Counted from the first letter of the stretch, positions 10,766 through 20,288 are shown. The stretch: 64,000 nucleotides of DNA from Desulfatiglandales bacterium (GCA_963666345.1 OY762721.1:2464001-2528000), one strand, 5' to 3'. Made by a program: numbers and translations. Notes: generated from the letters alone by a model not told the origin.

Positions 10766-11731
10766 TCACGACCCTTTTATCCCCGGCCCTTTTTCTCCAC
10801 CTGCTAGCCTGAAGAACAGGCTCCAGGATTCCGGTTTGAAAGCTATAACAAGATCCGAGAACAACCTCGCCCAGTTAAAATTGGATCCCACCCAGCGGAC
10901 AAGATGCAGATAGCAGCACCTCCTTTTATAAGGGCTCAGCGGGACACGTTTGACGCATCTTGCATACTCGATCAGAATTTTCCAGTGTGGGAAAACCCTC
11001 TTATCCGGGATATCCGGATCAAACCAGGCGGCACGCAAGTGGTGGGCAGGCATTGCCCTGATGGAGCGCTCAGGGTGATCTCTTGAAAAAAACAGGTAAT
11101 CAGGGATTTCATGAAATTTTCCGATCAGACCCAACTCCGCCCTCAGGACCCTGTCCGAGGCTATGAAGCTTGAAATGAGATGCGTTTTTTCAAGGGCTTT
11201 CGTGCGGATCAGCCCGAAGACCTCAAAGCAGCTCATATCATCTATAACAAGATCCCGGAAACGATCCTGGGGCTTTGGTGAATCCACATGAACCGCGTTT
11301 GCGCGAAGGCTGCCCCGGATTTTTCCGGATTCATCAATAATCCTGCCCCTTGCATAACAAAGGACCACCGAAGGCTCCCGGTTGAGGACGGCAACGCAAT
11401 TTGCCAGGAAATCCGGGGCCATCATATCATCGTGAGCCGCCCACTTAAAGTATTCGCCTGAAGAAAGATGAAAAACGCGGTTGAAGTTTTTTGCCGCGCC
11501 CAGGTTTTTTTTGTTACGAAAGTACTTTATCCGGCGGTCCAGAGCCTGGTAATGCCTGCAGATTTCCCTGGTCCTGTCGGTCGAGGCATTATCGGAAATG
11601 ATCACCTCGAAGTCCGTATATGTCTGGGCAAGGATCGAATCAAGCGCATATTTTATGTACCTTTCGCCATTGAAGACCGGCAGGCCGATACTAACGAACT
11701 GGCTAAGCTTTTTCATCTGGTTCTTCTCCAA
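10766..11731 (-). CDS. GT2 family glycosyltransferase
   Basis: VSIGLPVFNGE, ISDNASTD, YFKWAAHDD. Confidence 0.92.
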   Translation of the reverse strand: MEKNQMKKLSQFVSIGLPVFNGERYIKYALDSILAQTYTDFEVIISDNASTDRTREICRHYQALDRRIKYFRNKKNLGAAKNFNRVFHLSSGEYFKWAAHDDMMAPDFLANCVAVLNREPSVVLCYARGRIIDESGKIRGSLRANAVHVDSPKPQDRFRDLVIDDMSCFEVFGLIRTKALEKTHLISSFIASDRVLRAELGLIGKFHEIPDYLFFSRDHPERSIRAMPAHHLRAAWFDPDIPDKRVFPHWKILIEYARCVKRVPLSPYKRRCCYLHLVRWVGSNFNWARLFSDLVIAFKPESWSLFFRLAGGEKGPGIKGS

Positions 11732-11799
11732 CTTAGTTGTCGAAGAGGGTCCAAGGAGTCAAGGATTCAAGGCCCGCCCTGTCGCGACTCTGTGATAAC

Positions 11800-12240
11800 T
11801 TAACTTATAGGCCAAGCTTCACAATGCTGACAGTTTATTGACGATACAGTAAAATTAATCGGTCTGGGCCAGGGGTTCAAGGGCTTTCTTTCCAGGGATT
11901 TGATCATCGCTTTGAACATTGCCCCGACATCCCCTATTTCCCTTCTTAATCTCTGAAGCCGCTCTTCTTTCAAATAATCCAAGTCAGCTGATATCATGTC
12001 CCGGGTTTCAAATTCACAGTCTGAACCATATGCAATAAAGAAAAATTGCATATACTCTATAGCCATTTTTCTCCCATACCCTTAGGCGGTATCCCTTGAT
12101 ATGAAAACAGCGGATCTTCTGATTCGGGAGGTAAAATAGTATTGCCCATCATTAAAAAGACGTTTCGTTTCTTTATACATATGCAAACAAGGTGTATACG
12201 ATTTTTGCCAAACGTTTAACTACCTATGATCTTTAAGCTT
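11800..12240 (-). pseudogene. Four-helix-bundle protein (23S rRNA IVP/S23-like) pseudogene
   Basis: In-frame upstream translation KLKDHR*LNVWQKSY...TSRIRRSAVFISRDTA*GYGRK..EY..F..IAYGS.CEFET matches the family pattern (L.VWQK...Q.RR.A.S...N.AEG.GR) with two internal stops. Confidence 0.8.
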
Positions 12241-12382
12241 TTCACTCGAACCCGCGGACCCTTGACCCCTCGAAACCTTCATTTAGACCAACTCTTTTGG
12301 AGATGGTCCTTTCATCTTTATTGTTTGCTTTTTAATGTATTTTTTAAAAAGAAATGAGTATACCTGTAAGAGTTTCCCAAAT

Positions 12383-14587
12383 CTATGGTTTTTTCAAAAC
12401 ATTGGGGTTTCTCGACCCTTTGTTTATAAGTCTCAGGACAAACTCAAGGTTCTCAAGGGCCTTTCTGTATCCCGGCCTTATTTTTGCCGCCTCTGAAAAA
12501 TGCGAAATGGCGCCCTTGAAGTCTCTCCGCTGGGCCAGGGCGATCCCGAGCGTATTATGAAATTCCGCGTCTGCCGGTTTCAGCCTCACCGCCTCTTTAA
12601 GATGCCTCACGGCATCATCGATCCTGCCCTGCCTCCTGAAGGTGCTTCCCAGGTTGTAATGAGCCCTCACATAATCGGGTCTGATGCGCAGGGCCTCTGA
12701 GTAATGCCGGATTGCCTCTTTTGCATTCCCCTGCATATCGAGTGCTATTGCGAGGTTGTTGTGGAATTCCGCGTTTAATGGTTCTATTTTTACCGCCTCT
12801 GAAAAATGCGAAATTGCCTCTTTGATCTTTCCCTGCCTTGCCAGGCCAATTCCAAGATCTTTGTGATATTCTGCGTTAACAGGATCGATCTGTACGGCTT
12901 TGAAGAGATGCCGGATGGCCTCCTCCAGTCTTGCCTGGCGTTTCAGGGCATTTCCCAGGTTATTGTGCACTTTCGCAAGTCCTGGTTTTATCCTCAGGGC
13001 CTCTGAGTAATGCCGGGTTGCCTCCTCCGCGTTTCCCTGCATATCGAGTGCTATTGCGAGGTTGTTGTGAAATTCCGCGTCTGCCGGTTTAATATTGAGC
13101 GCTTCCAGGTAATGTCGGACGGCGTCATCGGGCCTTCCAAGTTTTGCAAAGGCGTTTCCCAGGTTGTTATGAGCGTCCTCATTGCCCGGCCTTATGCGAA
13201 TGGTCTCTGAAAAATGATTGGCCGCCTCCTTGAAGTTACCCTTGCGGAGGAGAAAGCTTCCAAGATTGTAGTGCGCGAGCCAGTTGTCGTTTGTTACCTT
13301 AATGGCCCTGCCAAAGAGGCTAAGGCTGTTTTCCCAGTAGCCCGCCTGCACGAATGAGGAAATCGAGAGCCAGATGAGCATCATAGTTGTGGATATGCAG
13401 AGGACGACTGTCCGGTAGCGCAGCCTTGCCAGAAGATCAGGTACCCCCCATGCAATTATGATAAAAAGACCGATGAGCGGGATATAAGTGTACCTGTCGG
13501 CAATAATCTGCGGTCCTATGTTGAACAATCTGATTACCGGGATTAGGGTCACAATGTACCAGAGCCATCCTACTATAAAATAGGGTCTTTTTCGTGCCTG
13601 GAAGATCGCGAGCACCGAGATGAAAATAAACAGCACAGCGGCACCGGCCGCCTGCCAGGAAGGAATCACCTCTGGATATGGATATGTGACGGCCAGTTTA
13701 TAGGGCCAGAACATCTTTCCTATATAACTCAGATAGGATAACGGTACCCTTACGATGTTATCCCACTCGGGCATTATACTTGAAAGCCGCATGGTAAATG
13801 CCTGAACCGAGAGCATGGCTGAAACCGCCAAAATGGCGGACACGCCCAAAAGGATGAATAAGAGAAGCTTTTCCGCGATCAGCCTGGGTAAGGAAAAGCG
13901 CTTAAACCCGGAAGAGGGAAATTTGCTCTTTTCCAGGTCTTTTTTCCCATCCGTACTCCCCTGCCTTACGCGGTTAAGCGGCCAGTAGTCCATCAGGAAA
14001 AAGACAACAGGGAGCGTCACCACCATGGATTTTGACATGATGCCTGCTGCAAAGAAAAAGAGCACAAGGATATACTTTGAAATCGCCGGACGCCGGCAAT
14101 AAAAGGCATAAGTCCACATGGTGAGCATCCAGAAAAGGGCGCTCAGAACATCCTTGCGGCTCGCAACCCAGGCGACCGGTTCCACATGCAGAGGATGAAT
14201 CGCGAACAGGGCCGCAACAACGGCGCTCCGTAAAACTGCTCCTGTCATAAACCTTAGGACGGAAAACAGCAGCAGGACATTCAGCAGGTGGAGAATCAGG
14301 CTGGTCATGTGATGGCAGCCGGGGTTTAATCCGAACAGGGCGCAGTCGGTCATATGGCTTAGCCATGTCAGGGGATGCCAGTGCCCGTCAAGAATAGTGG
14401 TAAAGGCCCAGATAAGGCCTTCGGCGGTCCATCCGGAAGTGACAAAAGGGTTTTCGGTCACGTAGATATTGTCGTCAAAGTTGACGAAATCGTGAGTGCG
14501 AACTTTCCAGAAGACCGCAAGGGTGATAATGACCAAAAAGAGGCTGATAATGATTTCAGAACGGTATTTTTTCATGATCGAGGCCAT
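12383..14587 (-). CDS. TMTC-like GT-C membrane glycosyltransferase with C-terminal TPR array
   Basis: FVNFDD..YV..N, WHPLTWLSH, ALFAIHPLHVEPVAW...RKD, ADRYTYIP, W.NS.SLF, about 11 TM segments, about 8 TPRs. Confidence 0.85.
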   Translation of the reverse strand: MASIMKKYRSEIIISLFLVIITLAVFWKVRTHDFVNFDDNIYVTENPFVTSGWTAEGLIWAFTTILDGHWHPLTWLSHMTDCALFGLNPGCHHMTSLILHLLNVLLLFSVLRFMTGAVLRSAVVAALFAIHPLHVEPVAWVASRKDVLSALFWMLTMWTYAFYCRRPAISKYILVLFFFAAGIMSKSMVVTLPVVFFLMDYWPLNRVRQGSTDGKKDLEKSKFPSSGFKRFSLPRLIAEKLLLFILLGVSAILAVSAMLSVQAFTMRLSSIMPEWDNIVRVPLSYLSYIGKMFWPYKLAVTYPYPEVIPSWQAAGAAVLFIFISVLAIFQARKRPYFIVGWLWYIVTLIPVIRLFNIGPQIIADRYTYIPLIGLFIIIAWGVPDLLARLRYRTVVLCISTTMMLIWLSISSFVQAGYWENSLSLFGRAIKVTNDNWLAHYNLGSFLLRKGNFKEAANHFSETIRIRPGNEDAHNNLGNAFAKLGRPDDAVRHYLEALNIKPADAEFHNNLAIALDMQGNAEEATRHYSEALRIKPGLAKVHNNLGNALKRQARLEEAIRHLFKAVQIDPVNAEYHKDLGIGLARQGKIKEAISHFSEAVKIEPLNAEFHNNLAIALDMQGNAKEAIRHYSEALRIRPDYVRAHYNLGSTFRRQGRIDDAVRHLKEAVRLKPADAEFHNTLGIALAQRRDFKGAISHFSEAAKIRPGYRKALENLEFVLRLINKGSRNPNVLKKP

Positions 14588-14775
14588 TTGATCCGGCTAT
14601 ACGCCAGGGTTTTCTGATGATGCTTTTATTAGAATTATGCCTTATTTTTAAAGGTCTTTCTACCTTGGAGGCGGCACAGCGGTTGTGGGAAAAACGGATG
14701 GTCAAACTTTTCTGCAAATGAAAAGGCAGTGCCGATTGCAGCACCGCCTTTGTCTCTATATGTCTTAATCGCTGT

Positions 14776-16164
14776 CTATGGAGTGCTCTTTTTTATAAAG
14801 GCTGGTAGGAATATCTCCCAGGGAAATTCATCAGCTAAACTATATTTCCACAATTGATTGCCTGTTCCATATTGGGGTGAAAAGAAGAGCGTCCCGTTCA
14901 CATCGGTAAGGTATGAGGGATTACTGCCTTCAGTACCTGGTACTATGTCCTTTACCAATGTGGTTGAGGCCTCATCATATGCGGGGCCTTCACACTGCCA
15001 GAGCTCAGATCCGTTAGTGCCGTCATTTGCTTCGAAGAAAAGTGTGCCGTTTACATCGGTAAGGTAACTGGGATAACTATCTCCGCTGGTGTTTATATCC
15101 TTGACCATAGTGGCATCAGTATAGGGGCTTTCACTTTTCCAGAGTTCATAGCCGTTAGTACCGTCATCTGCTCTGAAGAAGAGTGTCCCGTTTACATCGG
15201 TAAGGTAACTGGGATAACTATTTCCGCTGGTGTTTATATCCTTGACCATAGAGGCATCAGTGTACGGGCTTTCACATTTCCAGAGTTCATAGCCGTTAGT
15301 GCCGTCATTTGCCTCGAAGAAAAGCGTGCCGTTTACATCGGTAAGGGAATTGGGAGAACTATTTCCGCTGGTGTTTATATCCTTGACCATAGAGGCATCA
15401 GTGTACGGGCTTTCACATTTCCAGAGTTCATAGCCGTTAGCGCCGTCATTTGCGTTGAAGAAAAGTGTGCCGTTGACAGCGGTAAGGTAAGTGAGATTAC
15501 TATTTCCGCTTGTGTTTATATCCTTGACCATAGAGGCATCGGTGTACGGGCTTTCACACTTCCAGAGTTCATAGCCGTTAGTGCCGTCATCTGCCTGGAA
15601 GAAGAGGGTGCCGTTTACATCGGTAAGGTTACTGGGATAACTATCTCCGCTGGTGTTTATGTCCTTGACCATAGAGGCATCGGTGTACGGGCTTTCGCAT
15701 TTCCAGAGTTCATAGCCGTTAGTGCCGTTGTCTGAGCTGAAGAGGAGCGTACCGTTTACATCGGCAAGGGAAGTGGGATGACTACTTCCGCTGGTGTTTA
15801 TATCCTTGACCATAGAGGCATCGGTGTACGGGCTTTCGCATTTCCAGAGTTCATAGCCGTTAGTGAAGTCATTTGCGTCGAAGAAAAGCGTGCCGTTGAC
15901 ATCGGTAAGATCGTCGGGAGAACTACTACCGCTTGTGTTTATATCCTTGACCATTACGGTGCCGCTCTCAGTCCCGTTGCTTTTCCACAACTCGTTACCG
16001 TATGAAGTTTCATTGTCGCCTCCGGTAAAGAAAAGGGTCCCGTCAACAGCGGTCAAGTTATAAGGGAATATCTCCTTGACCGGCACAGGTTCAGCCGTAT
16101 AAGCGGTCGCGGCGGATATGACAATAATCAGACCGGTTAAAAGACTTGAAATGGGTATTCGCAT
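14776..16164 (-). CDS. Secreted ELWxxDGT-type repeat (beta-propeller) protein, copy 1
   Basis: Signal peptide; 47-aa/141-bp repeats LT.VNGTLFF.A.DGTNGYELWK.ESPYTDASMVKDINTSG; C-terminal FPWEIFLPAFIKK tail. Confidence 0.9.
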   Translation of the reverse strand: MRIPISSLLTGLIIVISAATAYTAEPVPVKEIFPYNLTAVDGTLFFTGGDNETSYGNELWKSNGTESGTVMVKDINTSGSSSPDDLTDVNGTLFFDANDFTNGYELWKCESPYTDASMVKDINTSGSSHPTSLADVNGTLLFSSDNGTNGYELWKCESPYTDASMVKDINTSGDSYPSNLTDVNGTLFFQADDGTNGYELWKCESPYTDASMVKDINTSGNSNLTYLTAVNGTLFFNANDGANGYELWKCESPYTDASMVKDINTSGNSSPNSLTDVNGTLFFEANDGTNGYELWKCESPYTDASMVKDINTSGNSYPSYLTDVNGTLFFRADDGTNGYELWKSESPYTDATMVKDINTSGDSYPSYLTDVNGTLFFEANDGTNGSELWQCEGPAYDEASTTLVKDIVPGTEGSNPSYLTDVNGTLFFSPQYGTGNQLWKYSLADEFPWEIFLPAFIKKSTP

Positions 16165-16332
16165 TCCCGAGCCTCCTTATCATGATTACAAAGTAGGGTT
16201 CATTCAAACGAGCAGCCCTCAACCCCATTGACGTAAGATTTGAGAATATTATTTGAAAAATTTATCGAAGGGTCAGGCACATTTGGTACTTTCAGCGAAT
16301 AAATCATAAATGAAATGAGCATATTCTGTCAA

Positions 16333-16491
16333 TCAGGAAACAGATCGTCTGTCAGGCGTGTGCTGCTTTTTGAGGTCGACTATCCTGTTATAGAGCCAGC
16401 CGATGAACGCCCCTCCCAGGGTTCCCAAGGCGAAACCGTAGAAAAATCCGATAAAGCTGCCGACAAAGCTGACCCTGTAGCCTATGAAATA
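16333..16491 (-). pseudogene. Duplicated 3' half of the 119-aa membrane protein gene (duplication junction fragment)
   Basis: Nearly identical to 18145-18300; the 5' part of the called ORF is intergenic sequence from the duplicated unit. Confidence 0.85.
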
Positions 16492-16582
16492 GTGGGAAAG
16501 GGGAATGGTCAAACTTTTCTGCAAATGAAAAGGCAGTGCCGATTGCAGCACCGCCTTTGTCTCTATATGCCTTAATCGCTGT

Positions 16583-17974
16583 CTATGGAGTGCTCTTTTT
16601 TATAAAGGCTGGTAGGAATATCTCCCAGGGAAATTCATCAGCTAAACTATATTTCCACAACTTATTGCCTGTTCCATAATTGGGTGAAAAGAAGAGCGTC
16701 CCGTTCACATCGGTAAGGTATGAGGGATTACTGCCTCCAGTACCTGTTACTATGTCCTTTACCAATGTGGTTGAGGCCTCATCATATGCGGGGCCTTCAC
16801 ACTGCCAGAGTTCAGACCCGTTAGTGCCGTCATCTGCCTCAAAACAAAGTGTTCCGTTGACATCGGTAAGGTAGTAGGGATAACTACTGCTGCTTCCGGA
16901 GTAGATATCCTTGACCATAGAGGCATCGGTATAGGGACTTTCACTTTTCCAGAGCTCATAGCCGTTAGTGCCGTCATCTGCTCTGAAGAAGAGGGTGCCG
17001 TTGACATCGGTAAGGTTACTGGGAGAACTATTTCCGCTGGTGTTTATATCCTTGACCATAGAGGCATCAGTGTACGGGCTTTCACATTTCCAGAGTTCAT
17101 AGCCGTTAGCGCCGTCATTTGCGTTGAAGAAAAGTGTGCCGTTGACAGCGTTAAGGTAGCTGGGCGAACTACTGCCGCTGGTGTTTATATCCTTGACCAT
17201 AGAGGCATCGGTGTACGGGCTTTCACTTTTCCAGAGTTCATAGCCGTTAGCGCCGTCATTTGCCTTGAAGAAGAGCGTGCCGTTTACGTTGGTAAAGTAG
17301 TCGGGATAACTATCTCCGCTTGTGTTTATATCCTTGACCATAGAGGCATCGGTATACGGGCTTTCACTTTTCCAGAGTTCATAGCCGTTAGTGCCGTCAT
17401 CTGCTCTGAAGAAAAGGGTGCCGTTGACATCGGTAAGATTGTAGGGATAACTACTCCCGCTGGTGTTTATGTCCTTGACCATAGTAGCATCAGTATAGGG
17501 GCTCACACATTTCCAGAGCTCATCCCCGTTAGTGCCGTCATCTGCCTTGAAGAAGAGCGTCCCGTTTACGTTGGTAAGGTAGTCGGGAGAACTACTCCCG
17601 CTGGTGTTTATGTCCTTGACCATAGTGGCATCAGTATAGGGGCTCACACATTTCCAGAGTTCATAACCGTTAGTGCCGTCATTTGCATGGAAGAAAAGTG
17701 TGCCGTTGACATCGGCAAGGTAGCCGGGATAACTACTCCCGCTGGTGTTTATGTCCTTGACCATTACGGTGCCGCTCTCAGTCCCGTTGCTTTTCCACAG
17801 CTCGTTACCGTATGAAGTTTCATAGTTGCCTCCGGTAAAGAAAAGGGTCCCGTCAACAGCGGTCAAGTCATAAGGGTATATCTCCTTGACCAGCACAGGT
17901 TCAGCCGTATAAGCGGTCGCGGCGGATATGACAATAATCAGACCGGTTAAAAGACTTGAAATGGGTATTCGCAT
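16583..17974 (-). CDS. Secreted ELWxxDGT-type repeat (beta-propeller) protein, copy 2
   Basis: Same architecture as copy 1 with identical signal peptide and C-tail but different repeat loops. Confidence 0.9.
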   Translation of the reverse strand: MRIPISSLLTGLIIVISAATAYTAEPVLVKEIYPYDLTAVDGTLFFTGGNYETSYGNELWKSNGTESGTVMVKDINTSGSSYPGYLADVNGTLFFHANDGTNGYELWKCVSPYTDATMVKDINTSGSSSPDYLTNVNGTLFFKADDGTNGDELWKCVSPYTDATMVKDINTSGSSYPYNLTDVNGTLFFRADDGTNGYELWKSESPYTDASMVKDINTSGDSYPDYFTNVNGTLFFKANDGANGYELWKSESPYTDASMVKDINTSGSSSPSYLNAVNGTLFFNANDGANGYELWKCESPYTDASMVKDINTSGNSSPSNLTDVNGTLFFRADDGTNGYELWKSESPYTDASMVKDIYSGSSSSYPYYLTDVNGTLCFEADDGTNGSELWQCEGPAYDEASTTLVKDIVTGTGGSNPSYLTDVNGTLFFSPNYGTGNKLWKYSLADEFPWEIFLPAFIKKSTP

Positions 17975-18144
17975 TCCCGAGCCTCCTTATCATGATTACA
18001 AGGTAGGGTTCATTCAAAAGAGCAGCCCTCAACCCCATTGACGTAAGATTTGAGAATATTATTTAAAAAAATTTATCGAAGGGGTCAGGCACATTTGGCA
18101 CTTTCAGCGAATAAATCATAAATGAAATGAGCATATTCTGTCAA

Positions 18145-18504
18145 TCAGGAAACAGATCGTCTGTCAGGCGTGTGCTGCTTTTTGAGGTCGACGATCCTGT
18201 TATAGAGCCAGCCGATGAACGCCCCTCCCAGGGTTCCCAAGGCGAAACCGTAGAAAAATCCGATAAAGCTGCCGACAAAGCTGACCCTGTAGCCTATGAA
18301 GTACTGACTAAGCAGTCCCAGATGAGGGCCTACAGGTTCACCCCCCTTGATTACGAGCCAATTTGTGGCCGCAAATATGGCGAATCCGCACAGGAGCCCC
18401 AGAACCAGGCCAAGGGCCTTGGCATTAAACCTTAGAACGCCGCTGAACAGTTTCTCTTCTTCCCGCGCATTTCCATTTTTTTCCATCTTAAGGCCTCCTG
18501 ACAT
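18145..18504 (-). CDS. Small 2-TM membrane protein, homologous to the C-terminal domain of the upstream oxidoreductase
   Basis: ATNWLVIKGGEPVGPHLGLLSQYFIGYRVS vs ATIWLVIKGGDVVGPNLRLLSQYFIGYTVT. Confidence 0.85.
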   Translation of the reverse strand: MSGGLKMEKNGNAREEEKLFSGVLRFNAKALGLVLGLLCGFAIFAATNWLVIKGGEPVGPHLGLLSQYFIGYRVSFVGSFIGFFYGFALGTLGGAFIGWLYNRIVDLKKQHTPDRRSVS

Positions 18505-18515
18505 TGTAAGCCGGT

Positions 18516-20288
18516 CTAGAAATGATCAAAGAAATCTTTAATGGATAAAAGTTCCGCCTTCCTTTTAACCCGATAGATGAAAAAGGCAAGAAACAGGTTC
18601 CTGAGATATGCAAACAGCCAGCCGAACAAGAACCCCCACAGGAACCCGTAGCCGGAGGCGATGAATGCCCCTTTTGCCGTCACTGTGTAGCCTATGAAAT
18701 ACTGGGAAAGAAGCCGTAAATTGGGGCCGACAACGTCACCCCCTTTTATAACCAGCCATATGGTTGCCATAAAAAAAAGCAGCCCTGAGAAAGACCCCGA
18801 AGCAATGGCAAAGGCCGGATTATCTATCCTTGCAAATGTCCTGGCGAGGATTTTTTCGGCTGAACGCGTTTGAGCTTCGGTTTTCTTGCCCTTCTCGACA
18901 TATTCATGATCGTCCGTCACATCCCACAGGTCATGCTTTCCCCCGAAGATGTTTTCCACTGCCAGCATTCCTGTGAGCATGGAGTGGTCCATGTTATTAT
19001 AGCGGTGCATTCCGTTACGGCCGATGGTCTGAAGATTTTTGACGGTTTTAAGAAAGGTTCGAATAATCCGAACCTGTTCATTATACCCTTGGTCATAAAT
19101 CGGATATGCGTTCGGCTGGCGCAGCACAATACCGTCTTCTACCTCTCCGTTATCGGCAAGACCCAGTTTTGTGAGTTCCAGAGATGCGAGTTCAAGTAAC
19201 TGAGAATCTGTCATTGTCCAGGTACTGTCCCCTCTGGAGCAGAAATACTCCATGCCTATGCTTGTCTTATCGGGATCGGGGACCATGGCATCGCTCCAGT
19301 TCTTGAAGTTCTGTATCCGGCCCACTTGCACGTCGGGACTGTGTACGTATATCCACTGGTCAGGAAACATGTCACGCCTGTTTATTATGAGCCCCACGAT
19401 AATGAAGGACCTGTACGTGAGATGGGAACCCGCCTCAAGGACCTCATCCGGGATTGCCGGCTCAAAAAGCCCCGTAAGTTCAGGAAGCGGGATGCTGGAG
19501 ATGAGACTGCCAACCGGCATTTCTACATGCCTTCCGCCGTTCAGAAAGATGACGCTTGTTATAAGGCCGTTTTCATGCCTCAGTTTAACGGCCTTTGAAT
19601 CAAGCCTGATTTCTCCCCCGCCCGCCTGTACAGCCTCCTTAAAACTATCCCACATCATTCCCGACCCATTTCCGGGATACAAGAATTCATCGGTGAGGGA
19701 CCTGTGCCTTTGGCTTCCGAAAAGGGCATTGGACAGGGCTGCTATGAGCGACAGTTTCCTTATGCGCTGTGCGGCCCAGGCGGCATCTATCCTGTCACAG
19801 GGTATGCCCCACACCTTTTCCGTATAAGCCTGAAAAAACATTTTGTGGAGTCGTGAACCGAAGCGGTTGGTGACCCATTGTTCAAAGGTCCTTTCTTCCC
19901 TGCAGGGCCGGACCTGTGCTCTGAAGTAGCTCAAAAGGATAAGGGAACTCTCAATCAATCCCAGGTTCATGAAGGTATTAAGAAAATCAAGCGGGTAATT
20001 GAAAAGGCGGCCGTTGAAATTTATGCGGGAAAGTCTTGGGACCTTTATGAAATTATCGGGGAGGATTTCTTCCCAGAGCCGTTGCACACTGTCAAGCCTT
20101 GTGAAGAAACGGTGGCCGCCGATATCAAAACGATAACCTTTGTATGTCTCTGTCCTGGACAGACCTCCCACTTTGTCTGTTTTCTCCAGCACAAGGGGGC
20201 GGATGCCTCTTACGACCAGTTCATGGGCTGCCGCAAGACCCGCTGGACCGGCGCCGAGGATGACCACAGGTTCCCTTACCATCAGCAA
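18516..20288 (-). CDS. FAD-dependent oxidoreductase (HemY/UDP-galactopyranose mutase-like) fused to a C-terminal membrane domain
   Basis: ILGAGPAGL, VGGLSRT, FDIGGHRFF, YTEKVWG, GRNGMHRYNNMDHSM. Confidence 0.85.
   Translation of the reverse strand: MLMVREPVVILGAGPAGLAAAHELVVRGIRPLVLEKTDKVGGLSRTETYKGYRFDIGGHRFFTRLDSVQRLWEEILPDNFIKVPRLSRINFNGRLFNYPLDFLNTFMNLGLIESSLILLSYFRAQVRPCREERTFEQWVTNRFGSRLHKMFFQAYTEKVWGIPCDRIDAAWAAQRIRKLSLIAALSNALFGSQRHRSLTDEFLYPGNGSGMMWDSFKEAVQAGGGEIRLDSKAVKLRHENGLITSVIFLNGGRHVEMPVGSLISSIPLPELTGLFEPAIPDEVLEAGSHLTYRSFIIVGLIINRRDMFPDQWIYVHSPDVQVGRIQNFKNWSDAMVPDPDKTSIGMEYFCSRGDSTWTMTDSQLLELASLELTKLGLADNGEVEDGIVLRQPNAYPIYDQGYNEQVRIIRTFLKTVKNLQTIGRNGMHRYNNMDHSMLTGMLAVENIFGGKHDLWDVTDDHEYVEKGKKTEAQTRSAEKILARTFARIDNPAFAIASGSFSGLLFFMATIWLVIKGGDVVGPNLRLLSQYFIGYTVTAKGAFIASGYGFLWGFLFGWLFAYLRNLFLAFFIYRVKRKAELLSIKDFFDHF

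Larger units (their letters stand above)
14685..18300. repeat. Tandem duplication, unit ~1.81 kb (14685-16491 and 16492-~18300)
   Basis: Intergenic flanks, signal peptide and C-terminal coding regions near-identical at offset 1807-1812. Confidence 0.95.

Noticed and set aside
14556..14744. 62-aa ORF and the matching N-terminus of the 16333-16551 ORF
   Set aside because: Duplicated intergenic sequence; no coding features
15050..17770. 141-bp periodic repeats as a CRISPR or non-coding array
   Set aside because: In-frame protein-coding repeats, no unique spacers, no cas genes
14685..18300. Tandem duplication as a pure assembly artefact
   Set aside because: Copies differ at many sites while both keep open frames; long reads would still be needed to confirm repeat order
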